Positions 22,737 through 23,049 of a stretch of 23,049 bases of DNA are shown here, one piece after another. The stretch spans positions 62,001-85,049 of the forward strand of contig JYFJ02001264.1 of NCBI GenBank assembly GCA_000934665.2. The letters are read 5' to 3'. The notes under the pieces were generated by a model. That model ran no database searches, had not been told where the DNA came from, and saw only the letters and a list, made by a program, of their open reading frames with translations. Each line of letters starts with the position of its first letter. Positions within the stretch are counted from its first letter, which is position 1. The position numbers and the translations under genes are program-made. The DNA comes from Catajapyx aquilonaris. Lineage: Eukaryota.

Positions 22737-23049
22737 ATGCTCGGGTGTTGCGCGGTGGGCTGCACTAACAGTACCGAAAAGGGCTTCAGACTGTTCCGGT
22801 TCCCAAAGGAGCCGGGAAGTGGGGAAGACGAGTATCCAAGGGGGTAATCACTTCGGTACTCCTGTGTACACCTGCGAGTGGTACTCCCTGGTACTCCTCA
22901 GGTACCTCACTCTTTATTACCCCTAGGTACTCCTTGAAATTGGTACTCCAGAGTACACTTTTCAGTCCAGTGATTACCCCCTTGCGAGTATCATTACCTG
23001 TTGACATCCAGGTTCAGCCAAGATGCTTTAGAAAATCTATTTTCTTGCA
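22737..23049 (+). mobile_element. Internally deleted P-element/THAP9 transposase: THAP N-terminus joined to the C-terminal catalytic motif, interrupted by a MITE; runs off the window end
   Basis: ATG at 22737 gives MLGCCAVGCTNSTEKGFRLFRFPKEPG (THAP CxxxxC..FxFP). After removing 22837-22984 and one TSD copy, the same frame continues SGEDEYHYLLTSRFSQDALENLFSC. Confidence 0.85.
22837..22984. mobile_element. 148-bp MITE (P or hAT superfamily)
   Basis: Perfect 16-bp TIR CAAGGGGGTAATCACT (22837-22852) / AGTGATTACCCCCTTG (22969-22984). Perfect 8-bp TSD CGAGTATC (22829-22836, 22985-22992). Five exact internal GGTACTCC copies. Confidence 0.95.

Noticed and set aside
22855..22949. Short regularly spaced GGTACTCC repeats resembling a mini CRISPR or iteron array
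   Set aside because: The repeats are only 8 bp with irregular spacing, the context is eukaryotic, and they are explained as MITE-internal motifs.

Overview
Eukaryotic, very likely arthropod, genomic DNA with spliceosomal introns. (1) 692-6357 (+): the last six coding exons of a Golgi-type GH38 alpha-mannosidase II, best matching the insect alpha-Man-IIb / SfManIII clade; its 5' exons lie upstream of the window. (2) ~8650-18445 (+): a tandem gustatory receptor (7tm_7/GR) array. It has two intact four-exon genes (about 420 and 418 aa, one using a GC-AG intron), one frameshifted copy, and a largely deleted fourth copy recognisable only by internal homology. (3) ~19100-23049: a nested transposon region. 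It holds a decayed minus-strand P-element/THAP9 transposase interrupted by a 271-bp solo-LTR-like insert (4-bp TSD) and an intron-containing, inactivated 5' fragment of SEC63. It ends in an internally deleted plus-strand P-element, whose THAP start is joined in frame to the catalytic C-terminal motif and hidden by a 148-bp MITE (16-bp TIR, 8-bp TSD). The SEC63 fragment, THAP fusion, MITE, solo LTR and fourth GR copy are not visible in the ORF track. No prokaryote-type system (CRISPR, operons) is present. All family assignments are from recalled motifs, not database searches.
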